Shown: positions 19,695 through 29,256 of the stretch, piece after piece
Layout of the letters: each line of letters opens with the position of its first letter
Position numbering within the stretch: position 1 is the first letter of the stretch
Origin: Pseudomonadota bacterium
GTDB lineage: Bacteria > Pseudomonadota > Alphaproteobacteria > Paracaedibacterales > CAIOTO01
DNA length: 64,000 nt
Reading direction: 5' to 3'
Assembly: GCA_040387495.1 (NCBI GenBank)
Contig: JAZKDQ010000001.1
Span: 1 to 64,000 of the forward strand
Notes under the pieces: generated by a model
Databases searched by the model: none
Told to the model about the DNA's origin: nothing
The model's input: only the letters and a program-made list of their open reading frames with translations
Translations under genes and position numbers: made by a program

Positions 19695-22001
19695 ATGAGT
19701 GTTGTAGCTGCGACCACTATGGCTCCGGCTGCCGCATATCCGTATCTCGAGGCTCTTAATGAGCCTCAATGTGAAGCTGTCCTTAAAACGGATGGCGCAC
19801 TTCTTGTGCTGGCAGGTGCCGGTACTGGCAAAACACGTGTTCTTACAACACGCATTGCCCATATTCTTAACCAACGACTTGCTTTCCCCAATCAAATTTT
19901 AGCGGTTACTTTTACAAATAAAGCATCACATGAAATGCGTGATCGTATATCGCGGCTATTGGGACATCCAGCTGATGGTATGTGGGTTGGAACATTTCAT
20001 TCCCTAGCAGTGCGTATTTTGCGGCGTCATGCTGAAGTTGTAGGGTTGTCGCCTAATTTTACCATTTTGGATAGTGACGACCAGTTGCGATTAATTAAAC
20101 AGCTTATCAAAGCAGAGCAACTTGACGACAAACAATTTCCGCCTAGATCCATTGCATCAGCGATCAATCGTTTGAAAGACAAAGGCCTTAAGCCGGACCG
20201 TGCAAGTGGGTTTGAAAATGATGTTGTTGTGCGGTTATATAAGGATTATCAAGAACGCCTTACCATATTAAATGCTGCTGATTTTGGTGATCTGTTGTTG
20301 CACAACTTGACGCTATTTCAAGAAAAACCTGAAATTTTAAAGCATTATCAACAGCAGTTCCGTTATTTATTGGTGGATGAATATCAAGATACCAACAGCG
20401 CGCAATACCTATGGTTGCGTCTGCTTGCACAAGGTACAAACAATATTTGCTGCGTGGGCGATGATGATCAGTCAATTTATGGATGGCGCGGCGCCGAGGT
20501 TGGTAATATCTTGCGGTTTGAAAAAGATTTTCCTGGAGCGACGTTGATTCGCCTTGAACAAAATTATCGCTCAACCGCGCCTATTCTAGCGGCTGCCAGT
20601 GGCTTGATCTCTCATAACCGTGATCGCTATGGTAAAACGCTTTGGACAGATCAAGGTGACGGCGAGCCTATTCGCATTCGTGGGTGTTATGACAGCCAAG
20701 AAGAAGCACGTTACGTTGGCGATGAAATTGAAACATTCCAGCGAAACGGTAGTATGCTTAATTCCATGGCGATTTTGGTGCGCGCCAGCTTTCAAACACG
20801 CGAGTTTGAAGAACGTTTTATGCGCATGGGTATTCCCTATCGTGTGATTGGCGGTCCGCGTTTTTATGAACGTCTTGAAATTCGTGATTCGATGGCATAT
20901 TTACGCTTACTGGTGCAATCCGATGATGGCCTTGCCTTTGAGCGAATCATTAATTTACCAAAGCGTGGTCTTGGCGATACAACGTTGCAGCGATTGCATC
21001 AATTTGCCCGCGAACAGGGCATATCCTTACCAAAAGCAGCCCGTTTTGCAACAGAGCAAACCACCGATGAAATTCCACTGCGTGCAGCGGCGCGAGCAGC
21101 ACTTAAGCAATTTTTTGTTGATCTGGATCGTTGGCGTTCTAACCTTGAAACGATGTCACATGTGGATGTTGTAAAACAGATGCTGGATGAATCCGGTTAC
21201 ACCGGTATGTGGATGCAAGATAAATCACCTGATGCCGCAGGGCGCGTTGAAAACATAAAAGAATTTGTACAAGCCATTAGTCAGTTTGAAACACTTGGCG
21301 GCTTTTTAGAGCATGTCAGTTTGGTACTAGATACAAATAATCCAAATACAGATGATATGGTCACGTTAATGACGTTGCATGCCGCAAAAGGGCTTGAGTT
21401 TGAAACAGTCTTTCTTGCTGGCTGGGAGGAGGGGCTTTTCCCTCACCCACGTGCGCTTGCTGAAGTGGGTGGTGCTGGACTTGAGGAGGAACGTCGTTTG
21501 GCCTATGTGGGGATTAGTCGTGCCCGTACGCGAGCGATTATTTCTTATGCTTATCAGCGGCGTCAGCCACAAGGGTGGCAAAGCGCGCAGCCGTCGCGTT
21601 TTATTCGCGAGATCCCTACTGAGGTTGTTATTCATCAAAATCCAGGTGGCAGCGATGTGCGTGACAATCAAATGTATGGTATTACCGCAAGTTCAATGCG
21701 TGATCAAGGCAATAGTCAATATGGACAGCAGTACGGCCGTGATTCACGTGCATCAGGAGATCGGCAATCGTGGGGGAATTCATCCCACTTATATGATAGT
21801 GCTGCTGTGAAGGCACTTAAGCCACGTAGCGTGCAAGCTGAATCATTGTTGGTGACGCATTCCTTTAAAACGGGAGATCGTGTTATCCATGAAAAATTTG
21901 GACAAGGTGCAGTGCTTGCCTTCGAAGGCGATAAATTGTTGATCCAATTTGAAACGCATGGCCTAAAGAAAATCATAGCGAGTTTTGTGGATAAGAACTA
22001 A
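19695..22001 (+). CDS. uvrD: DNA helicase II (UvrD/PcrA)
   Basis: LAGAGTGKT, VTFTNKA, VDEYQDTN, VGDDDQSIYGWRGA, LEQNYRS, TLHAAKGLEF, EERRLAYV; C-terminal Tudor-like domain. Confidence 0.97.
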   Translation: MSVVAATTMAPAAAYPYLEALNEPQCEAVLKTDGALLVLAGAGTGKTRVLTTRIAHILNQRLAFPNQILAVTFTNKASHEMRDRISRLLGHPADGMWVGTFHSLAVRILRRHAEVVGLSPNFTILDSDDQLRLIKQLIKAEQLDDKQFPPRSIASAINRLKDKGLKPDRASGFENDVVVRLYKDYQERLTILNAADFGDLLLHNLTLFQEKPEILKHYQQQFRYLLVDEYQDTNSAQYLWLRLLAQGTNNICCVGDDDQSIYGWRGAEVGNILRFEKDFPGATLIRLEQNYRSTAPILAAASGLISHNRDRYGKTLWTDQGDGEPIRIRGCYDSQEEARYVGDEIETFQRNGSMLNSMAILVRASFQTREFEERFMRMGIPYRVIGGPRFYERLEIRDSMAYLRLLVQSDDGLAFERIINLPKRGLGDTTLQRLHQFAREQGISLPKAARFATEQTTDEIPLRAAARAALKQFFVDLDRWRSNLETMSHVDVVKQMLDESGYTGMWMQDKSPDAAGRVENIKEFVQAISQFETLGGFLEHVSLVLDTNNPNTDDMVTLMTLHAAKGLEFETVFLAGWEEGLFPHPRALAEVGGAGLEEERRLAYVGISRARTRAIISYAYQRRQPQGWQSAQPSRFIREIPTEVVIHQNPGGSDVRDNQMYGITASSMRDQGNSQYGQQYGRDSRASGDRQSWGNSSHLYDSAAVKALKPRSVQAESLLVTHSFKTGDRVIHEKFGQGAVLAFEGDKLLIQFETHGLKKIIASFVDKN

Positions 22002-22798
22002 CCTAACCTTCGCATCACTAGATAATGCCTTAACTCGGCAATCCATTGATTGCGGTCCCCATGATATTCATGTTCAGTTGTCTGCCAATAGGGAAAAATA
22101 TTATTATCAACTACATGTAAATCGCACGTATCCGGCATATGAATAGCCTTCCAGCCTTCAATGTATTGGAAATAAATGTCTGCTTCTTCTGTAAAAGCTT
22201 TACGATACATTATTTTAATCATCAATTCATGCATCAATGTGGGACTGCTAGGATTAAGAAGATCAAGGCATGCTAGTCTTGCTAGTTCCTCTGATGTTAT
22301 AACACAATCTTTACTTAAAGAAGTAAGGTAGCAACTTGGTGCGTAATCAAATACCATTGCTCCATCTATCTTTAGCATTCCCAGAAAACATTGCAGATGC
22401 TGGTCTGTAAACTTCATGAATTTGCTGACAGAAAAATCAAGGGTGATTAGATCAAAGCATACGCCAAATCTATGTTGAATGGCTGCGAGATGGCTCAAGC
22501 TATTGAAATCACCTTGGATGAATTGTTTTTCCCAGTCAGACGTTGTTTCTGCGCTAGCTTCTGCGGATCTAAGATGTTCAATATCACGAAAGTGAATGTC
22601 ATTTAAATAAACAACAAAGGGATCTTGATCAAAACCTGGAAATTTGAAATTCCTGTATTCAGGTGGAGTTGCACCTAAAACAAGCACGATTTTTTTGCCT
22701 GTCGCTTGTGATTGTGTGATTAGCTCTTCTATTGTGTCTTCGGCTGCGAATGTATTGGCTCCAATTAACAAGAGCACGATAATTGAGAATAATTTCAT
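21998..22798 (-). CDS. Hypothetical secreted protein, class I SAM-methyltransferase-like
   Basis: Signal MKLFSIIVLLLIGANTFA; ordered motifs IVLVLGA, VVYLND, FIQGDFN, FDLITLD, MLKIDGAMVF. Confidence 0.6.
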   Translation of the reverse strand: MKLFSIIVLLLIGANTFAAEDTIEELITQSQATGKKIVLVLGATPPEYRNFKFPGFDQDPFVVYLNDIHFRDIEHLRSAEASAETTSDWEKQFIQGDFNSLSHLAAIQHRFGVCFDLITLDFSVSKFMKFTDQHLQCFLGMLKIDGAMVFDYAPSCYLTSLSKDCVITSEELARLACLDLLNPSSPTLMHELMIKIMYRKAFTEEADIYFQYIEGWKAIHMPDTCDLHVVDNNIFPYWQTTEHEYHGDRNQWIAELRHYLVMRRLG

Positions 22799-22898
22799 TT
22801 GATACACGAATCAATTTGGACCGAATAATGTATTTTTGAATGAAAATGTTTAATAAATAGATAAAATAATATTATTTGCAACTACCAATCTCGAAGTG

Positions 22899-23026
22899 GT
22901 CATCCTCGGACTTGATCCGAGAATCTCTACGGTTGAAGCTGCATGTATTTTGTAATTCAAGTGCACACTACTCCACGTATTTGCCTTTGAAATATTAAAG
23001 ATCTTCGGATCAAGCCCTAAGATGAC
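22899..23026. mobile_element. Palindromic REP-doublet/MITE-like element, copy A
   Basis: Ends gtcatcctcggacttgatccgagaatct ... agatcttcggatcaagccctaagatgac; similar along its length to 45456-45575. Confidence 0.75.
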
Positions 23027-23052
23027 ACAGGGTGGTTCGGTTGGTAGTTTGA

Positions 23053-24888
23053 TTATTTTTTATTTAATATTTCGATCAGCTGACTCTCAGTTAAGATAGC
23101 CGATAAGAATATAGGTTCAGCTCGTTCTTTCCCTTTTGCCTTTGGATAATACACCACAAGCGGAATGCTATTGCGACCAAAGGTTTCGAGTTTTTTGGTG
23201 ATTATTGCATCATGATGCGTCCAGTCAGCTTCGAATAACACAACGTTTTCAGCTCTCAATCGATCAGTGACAGTTTTTGATTCAAGCACAAATCTTTTAT
23301 TTGTTTGGCAGGTTACGCACCACCTCGCAGTAAAATTAATTAACACGGGGCGGTTCTCGGCTAAGGCTTTGTCTACTGCGGCTTGGGTGTAGGGTTGGAA
23401 TGCGAGTTGGTCTTTTGATGGCGGTGTTTCATCAAGTGCATAGTGAAAAGAAACGAACGCACCTACGCTGCATAGTGCAAATAACAAAGCGCCTATTCTG
23501 CGTTTAATAGGCGAATTGGTGGGTGGGCATAGTGTTCCATAAAACCAAAGCCCAAGGCTAAGACACCATAGTCCAAGTAATACCCAACACAAACCTTCTG
23601 AAAAACGTGCATCTAAAATCCAGAGCATCCATCCAACGGATCCCATCATTAAAAAGCCCATGAATTGTTTTAGGCTTTGCATCCAAGCACCCGGTTTTGG
23701 TAAATAATCGATTGCTCTCGGCCAAGCTGATAAGCATAAAAACGGCAAGGAAAGGCCAATGCCAAGACCAGTGAAAATAAGCGTGTTTACCCAGAAAGGT
23801 TGAACAAGGGATGCTGCGATGGCTGTTCCCATGAATGGTGCAGAGCAGGGTGTGGCGACAATGCAAGCAAGCACGCCTTTTAAGAAGCTTTGCATGCGTG
23901 GGTTTTCTCGCGTCTTTGGCAGGCTCCCTTCTAAGTGTATTGTACGCAAACCAATTTCAAATACACCAAATAAATTTAAGGTGAGTGCTAAAAATAGACA
24001 CGCTAAAAACACAATAAATGGCGGTGATTGTAGTTGAAATCCCCATCCTATATGATGCCCGAGCAAACGAAGCAGCGATAAACTAATGTTTAAGAATTGA
24101 AATGTGGCTAGGACGCCTGCTGCATATAATAGCGCATGCATACGGATTATGTGTTGGCTGCCAGATGAATCACGAAGCTTTGCGAAATCAAGTAGCTTGA
24201 GTGAAAGTACAGGTAAAACGCACGGCATTAAATTGAGAAGAACTCCTCCAATCAAAGCAAAGAACAAAAGCAACCAGATATGTGCCGCATCATTTGTTGA
24301 TGCATTCTGTGATTGGTGTTCGAGTTTCAAATCGTGGTTATGACTAATCAAACTTTGTTCAAATAATTCCTTTGTTGGGAACCTTAGTCCTAAAACTGTA
24401 TTATCAACGATGCATTGGTCATGACAAATGCCCCAGCGTACAGAAATCTTGATGGTATCAAGGCTGCTGGCTTTATAGTTTGCGGAAGCTTTTAATCGAA
24501 TTAACGTTTTGCAGGAATTTTTATATCCATAAATGGCGAGGCCTTCTTTTGATAAATCACTGGATTTTGGCCATGTGGTTTCCTCTACAGTGATGCCTGC
24601 GGGAAGTTCAAATTCAAAGGAAGGAGGCAATCCACCATCACCTGGATTTTGCGCGTAAATATACCAATGCGGATCAAGTGCCCAATCTAATTGAAGCCAA
24701 AATTCTGAATTTGGTTGAATTGTTTCAGTAGAGCTTTTAAGCGTGAGCGTTGTGTGTGATTGTGTGATTGATGGTGTAAGCAAAGGGGTCGCTATGGCAT
24801 TGTACATATGCGCGCAAAATATGAATAGAGCAAAAAAGAATAATTTAAACAGTGACTTTGCGTGTATTTTTGATGAGTTCTGCAACAT
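23053..24888 (-). CDS. dsbD: DsbD-family thiol:disulfide interchange protein
   Basis: N-domain CHDQC, membrane NLMPCVLP and ATPCSAP, thioredoxin WCVTC. Confidence 0.9.
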   Translation of the reverse strand: MLQNSSKIHAKSLFKLFFFALFIFCAHMYNAIATPLLTPSITQSHTTLTLKSSTETIQPNSEFWLQLDWALDPHWYIYAQNPGDGGLPPSFEFELPAGITVEETTWPKSSDLSKEGLAIYGYKNSCKTLIRLKASANYKASSLDTIKISVRWGICHDQCIVDNTVLGLRFPTKELFEQSLISHNHDLKLEHQSQNASTNDAAHIWLLLFFALIGGVLLNLMPCVLPVLSLKLLDFAKLRDSSGSQHIIRMHALLYAAGVLATFQFLNISLSLLRLLGHHIGWGFQLQSPPFIVFLACLFLALTLNLFGVFEIGLRTIHLEGSLPKTRENPRMQSFLKGVLACIVATPCSAPFMGTAIAASLVQPFWVNTLIFTGLGIGLSLPFLCLSAWPRAIDYLPKPGAWMQSLKQFMGFLMMGSVGWMLWILDARFSEGLCWVLLGLWCLSLGLWFYGTLCPPTNSPIKRRIGALLFALCSVGAFVSFHYALDETPPSKDQLAFQPYTQAAVDKALAENRPVLINFTARWCVTCQTNKRFVLESKTVTDRLRAENVVLFEADWTHHDAIITKKLETFGRNSIPLVVYYPKAKGKERAEPIFLSAILTESQLIEILNKK

Positions 24889-25082
24889 TATATAAGGCCA
24901 CTTTGAGTCGTAATTGTTAGGAAAATCTTCTCATACATTGCTGATTGAGGCAAGAGAAGGTTTTTAGTTGAGAGTGGTGGGAGAAAATACACAAATTTTT
25001 AATAAATTTATGTTAATATCTATTTATAGATGCTTTTTTTGCATTCAATAGTTTAGCTTATTAATGACAAAGGTAATGTGCT

Positions 25083-25997
25083 GTGGAACAGATAGAGCCC
25101 AATACTGTAAAACATATTAATATGAGAAATAAACGTGTTCATTTATTTTTCATTGTTGGATTGGTGATTGCTGGAATTAGCCTCACCTATGGGACCTATT
25201 ATTATTTTATAGGGTCGCGTTATGTAAGTACGGATAATGCGTATGTTGGCGCTGAAATTTCTCAGGTAACGGCATCGACGGGTGGTATCGTAAAGGAAAT
25301 AAAATTTAAGGATACCGACACTGTAAAAACAGGCGACATTTTAGTGATGCTTGACAATACAGATGCTCAACTTACATTGGCGCGCGCAGAGGCGGATTTG
25401 GCCAAAGCAAATGCAGAGACAGAACGAACAAAGTCTCATTTTACTCGTTATCAGGCACTTTCCAAATCAGGTGCTATTTCCGCCGAAGATATAAATAATG
25501 CTGAAAATGCATATAAATCCGCGAAGGCGGTATCAAATGCTGCATCAATTGTTGTGGAGCAGGCGATTGTGGATTTAAGTCGAACAATTATAAAATCACA
25601 AGTGGATGGTATTGTAGCAAAACGACAGGTTCAATTGGGACAGCGTGCTCAGTCGGGAATGCCGTTGATGTCTATTGTCCCTATAGCTGATGTTCATGTT
25701 GACGCTAATTTTAAAGAAGTTCAGCTGAGAAAAGTGCGCATTGGTCAGCCTGTTGAGTTGACATCCGATTATTATGGTAGTTCGGTTGTATACCATGGAA
25801 AAGTTTCAGGGATTGCTGGTGGTACCGGAGCGGCTTTTGCTATGATTCCTGCGCAAAATGCAACTGGAAATTGGATCAAAGTTGTGCAGCGTTTGCCGGT
25901 TCGAATTACGATTAATCCTGATGATTTAAAGAAAAACCCTTTGTACGTAGGATTATCAATGCAGGTCGAAATTGATATTTCGGATGCTAAAAGATGA
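25083..25997 (+). CDS. emrA: EmrA-like HlyD-family efflux adaptor
   Basis: VSTDNAYV, VDANFKEVQL, IPAQNATGNWIKVVQRLPVRI. Confidence 0.92.
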   Translation: MEQIEPNTVKHINMRNKRVHLFFIVGLVIAGISLTYGTYYYFIGSRYVSTDNAYVGAEISQVTASTGGIVKEIKFKDTDTVKTGDILVMLDNTDAQLTLARAEADLAKANAETERTKSHFTRYQALSKSGAISAEDINNAENAYKSAKAVSNAASIVVEQAIVDLSRTIIKSQVDGIVAKRQVQLGQRAQSGMPLMSIVPIADVHVDANFKEVQLRKVRIGQPVELTSDYYGSSVVYHGKVSGIAGGTGAAFAMIPAQNATGNWIKVVQRLPVRITINPDDLKKNPLYVGLSMQVEIDISDAKR

Positions 25998-27553
25998 GTA
26001 GTAACGCCACAACATTTCACACATCGAGCAATGCGACATCATACTCAATGCAAGGAAATGGTTTGATTGTTGCGGCGTTACTGTTAGCAGCTGCTAACTT
26101 TGTGGTTGTTCTTGATATGACCGTTGCGAATGTTGCTGTTCCTCATATTGCGGGTGGCCTTGCTATTTCGGCCAATGAAGCAACGTATGTTATCACATCA
26201 TATGCTGTGGCTGAGGCAATTACAGTTCCTTTAACAGGGTGGCTTTCGCGACAATTTGGGACGCTCAAAACGTTTGCAACATGCGTAATGTTATTTGGCT
26301 TGTTTTCTGCCTTGTGTGGATTCGCTAATTCGATTGAAACTCTTGTTGCCGGGCGTATTCTACAAGGACTTGTGGGCGGCCCTATCATGCCATTATCACA
26401 AACAATGCTTATGCAAATTTTCCCAAAAGAAAAGCGAGGTTCTGCGCTTGGGTTATGGAGCATGACGACCCTTCTTGCGCCGGTTCTCGGGCCTGTTGTG
26501 GGTGGATATATTTGTGACAATTGGGGTTGGCAGTTTATTTTCTATATCAATATACCGATTGCTATCGTGGGTAGCATTACTGTGTGGGCCTTGTTAAGGT
26601 CGTTTGAAACGACCATTTTTAAAGATAAGATTGATTATGTTGGATTGATTTTATTGGCTGTATGGGTTGCTGCATTACAGCTTATGCTAGATAAGGGCAA
26701 AAGTTATGATTGGTTTGAATCCGGCCTAATATGGGTATTTCTTATTGCAGCCATTATTGGATTTATATCATTTATGATTTGGGAGTTTACGCACGAACGA
26801 CCCATTGTTGATATGCGTGTTTTTAGGCATCGCGGTTATTGCGCTAGTGTTTTGAGTATTAGCTTTGCTTTTGGAGCCTATTTTGGTTCAGTCGTGTTGA
26901 CACCTTTATGGTTGCAAACCTATATGGGATATACAGCTGTAGAATCTGGTTTTACAACAGCCGCCACAGGGGTTCTTGCCTTGATTGCTGCACCATTTGC
27001 AGCTAAGTACTCACAGAAGTTTGACCCACGCATACTTGTTTTTGGTGGTGTGCTGTGGCTTGGTGCATTTACGTATGTACGTGCATTTGGCACAACCGAT
27101 ATGACCTATGCGCAAATTGCTATACCGATGCTGATTCAAGGGATTGGTTTGCCCTTTTTCTTTATTCCATTAACAGGATTGGCGCTTGCAAGCGTTGACG
27201 CAGATGAAACAGCATCGGCGGCTGGTTTGATGAGTTTTATGCGCACATTGTCTGGGGCTTTTGCTACTTCTATCGTAACAACAGCATGGGATAATAAAGC
27301 AAATGAGTTTAGAAGTGATCTTGTGGGGCGCGTCGCGTCGCCCGAGCAAATTGCTGTTAGTCTGGGTGATACAAGCAGTGCTGGACAGAATGTTGCATTG
27401 TACATCCTTGATCAGAATGTTCAATCGCAGGCAATTATGCTTGCAACTAATCAGATTTTTTTGATGGTTGCATGTACATTTGTACTTGCTGCATTAACGA
27501 TATGGCTTGCACCTAAGCCAAGTCGTCGCGCAGATACATCGGATGCGCATTAA
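25994..27553 (+). CDS. emrB: EmrB-like DHA2 MFS efflux permease
   Basis: LDMTVANVAVPHIAGGL, ITSYAVAEAITVPLTGWL; ATGA overlap with emrA. Confidence 0.92.
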   Translation: MSSNATTFHTSSNATSYSMQGNGLIVAALLLAAANFVVVLDMTVANVAVPHIAGGLAISANEATYVITSYAVAEAITVPLTGWLSRQFGTLKTFATCVMLFGLFSALCGFANSIETLVAGRILQGLVGGPIMPLSQTMLMQIFPKEKRGSALGLWSMTTLLAPVLGPVVGGYICDNWGWQFIFYINIPIAIVGSITVWALLRSFETTIFKDKIDYVGLILLAVWVAALQLMLDKGKSYDWFESGLIWVFLIAAIIGFISFMIWEFTHERPIVDMRVFRHRGYCASVLSISFAFGAYFGSVVLTPLWLQTYMGYTAVESGFTTAATGVLALIAAPFAAKYSQKFDPRILVFGGVLWLGAFTYVRAFGTTDMTYAQIAIPMLIQGIGLPFFFIPLTGLALASVDADETASAAGLMSFMRTLSGAFATSIVTTAWDNKANEFRSDLVGRVASPEQIAVSLGDTSSAGQNVALYILDQNVQSQAIMLATNQIFLMVACTFVLAALTIWLAPKPSRRADTSDAH

Positions 27554-27626
27554 ACTTGTTTTTCAAAAGTTGCGCTTCATGCCTGAATGTGTCATCAATA
27601 CTATTAATTACTAACCTGAGGCTATT

Positions 27627-28868
27627 ATGTGCGTACAACACTTACTAAAAACTAAAAAACGACCGAATATGGCAATTGTTTATCTTGTTATTATTGGGTT
27701 GGCTATCGCAAGTGGATTGTCTAATTCTGCAATTTTACAAAGCATAGGTCTGCTGATTTCTGACGTTTTTATTAAAATATTTAAGTGTATTAGTCTGCCT
27801 ATCATAGCTCTTTCAATTATTGTGACTTTGTCACAATATAACGCTGATGCAGGAATGAAAAAGATCTGGCAACGAACGCTTTTTTATACGATTAGCACAA
27901 CGATTATTGCCGCGACTGTTGCGTTCCTTTTGTACATTATTATTGCGCCTGCAAATATTGCAACGTTGAAACATGTTGCGGCGGCAACTGCTACAACTAC
28001 AACTGTTTCTTCCGGCACGTATGTGGATTATTTGATGAATTTAATTCCCAGTAATATTTTTTCACCATTCCTAGAACACCACGTTATGGGTGCATTATTT
28101 GTCAGTATGGTAATTGGTATTGCTATTCGCTATATTCCGGATATTGAATCGCGTAGTGCTATTACACTTTTTTTTAAAGGCAGTCATGGGATTTTTCATG
28201 TTATAACGGGTTGGATTGTTAAAATTATCCCAATTGCGCTTTTTGGGTTTATTACAACAACAGTTGTTCAGCTTAAAAGCGGCGTCGATATTAGTGGCCT
28301 TGGCGGGTATTTAGCTGTTGTTGTGTTGGCAAATGTGGTGCAGGGATTGGTGATTTTACCGGCGTTTTTGCGTATCAATAATATTAAACCGTTTGAAGCA
28401 TTGCGTGGAATGTTACCCGCATTGTCTGTTGCATTCTTTTCAAAATCATCGGCCGGAACGCTGCCTATTACAATTGAAACAGCCGAAAAAAATCTTGGCA
28501 TGTCACCTAAAGTCAGCCGGTTTGTATTGCCGTTATGTACATCGATTAACATGAATGGATGTGCCGCCTTTATTTTCACGACGGTTATTTATTTAATGCA
28601 AAATAATGGTATGGAAATTAGCATTATGACGATGTTGCTATGGATTTTTATCGCCACCATCGCAGCGATTGGTAATGCTGGTGTGCCGATGGGGTGTTTT
28701 TTCCTCAGTGCGAGTTTGCTGACAAGTATGAATGTGCCAATTGTTTTGCTTGGACTGATTTTACCATTCTATAGCATTATTGACATGATTGAGACAGCGC
28801 TGAATGTATGGTCGGATACGTGCGTTGCGAAAGTGATTGATGTGCAGACGAAAGATGGTGTGGGTTAA
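27627..28868 (+). CDS. Dicarboxylate/amino acid:cation symporter (DAACS family)
   Basis: AFFSKSSAGTLP, INMNG, AAIGNAGVP, DMIETALNVWSD. Confidence 0.92.
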   Translation: MCVQHLLKTKKRPNMAIVYLVIIGLAIASGLSNSAILQSIGLLISDVFIKIFKCISLPIIALSIIVTLSQYNADAGMKKIWQRTLFYTISTTIIAATVAFLLYIIIAPANIATLKHVAAATATTTTVSSGTYVDYLMNLIPSNIFSPFLEHHVMGALFVSMVIGIAIRYIPDIESRSAITLFFKGSHGIFHVITGWIVKIIPIALFGFITTTVVQLKSGVDISGLGGYLAVVVLANVVQGLVILPAFLRINNIKPFEALRGMLPALSVAFFSKSSAGTLPITIETAEKNLGMSPKVSRFVLPLCTSINMNGCAAFIFTTVIYLMQNNGMEISIMTMLLWIFIATIAAIGNAGVPMGCFFLSASLLTSMNVPIVLLGLILPFYSIIDMIETALNVWSDTCVAKVIDVQTKDGVG

Positions 28869-28968
28869 AGCACATATACATTAACATTTCCCCTTGAAAT
28901 AAAACCGAATCGTTATTATATGTAATATATAAAATTTTTATTGTATTATTTAAAAGGGAATTATTTAA

Positions 28969-29256
28969 ATGAATTTAATTAAAAACCTATCTTTGTGCCT
29001 TATGATCTCTGCTGCAGGAAATGTTGTTGCAATGGAGCTCCTTGATGGTAATGCTACTGGTAGTAAAGCGGTTGTGATTGCTGAAAAGACTTCTGTGTCT
29101 TCACATTTAACTTCTCCCGTTGCTCCATTCCAATCAGATAATGACGAAAATGTTTCAAAGCTTTCTGGTTTGTCACTCACTGCTCTGGGGGGGGGTCACT
29201 TTCCAGTGACGCTTCACGTTCTTCTGCTGAATTGGCTAGTGAGATTGAACAACTAA
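28969..29256 (+). CDS. N-terminal signal-peptide part of the Sel1-repeat protein; out of frame after G9 at 29187-29195
   Basis: MNLIKNLSLCLMISAAGNVVA-ME signal; G10 or G7 would join it to the Sel1 frame. Confidence 0.75.
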   Translation: MNLIKNLSLCLMISAAGNVVAMELLDGNATGSKAVVIAEKTSVSSHLTSPVAPFQSDNDENVSKLSGLSLTALGGGHFPVTLHVLLLNWLVRLNN

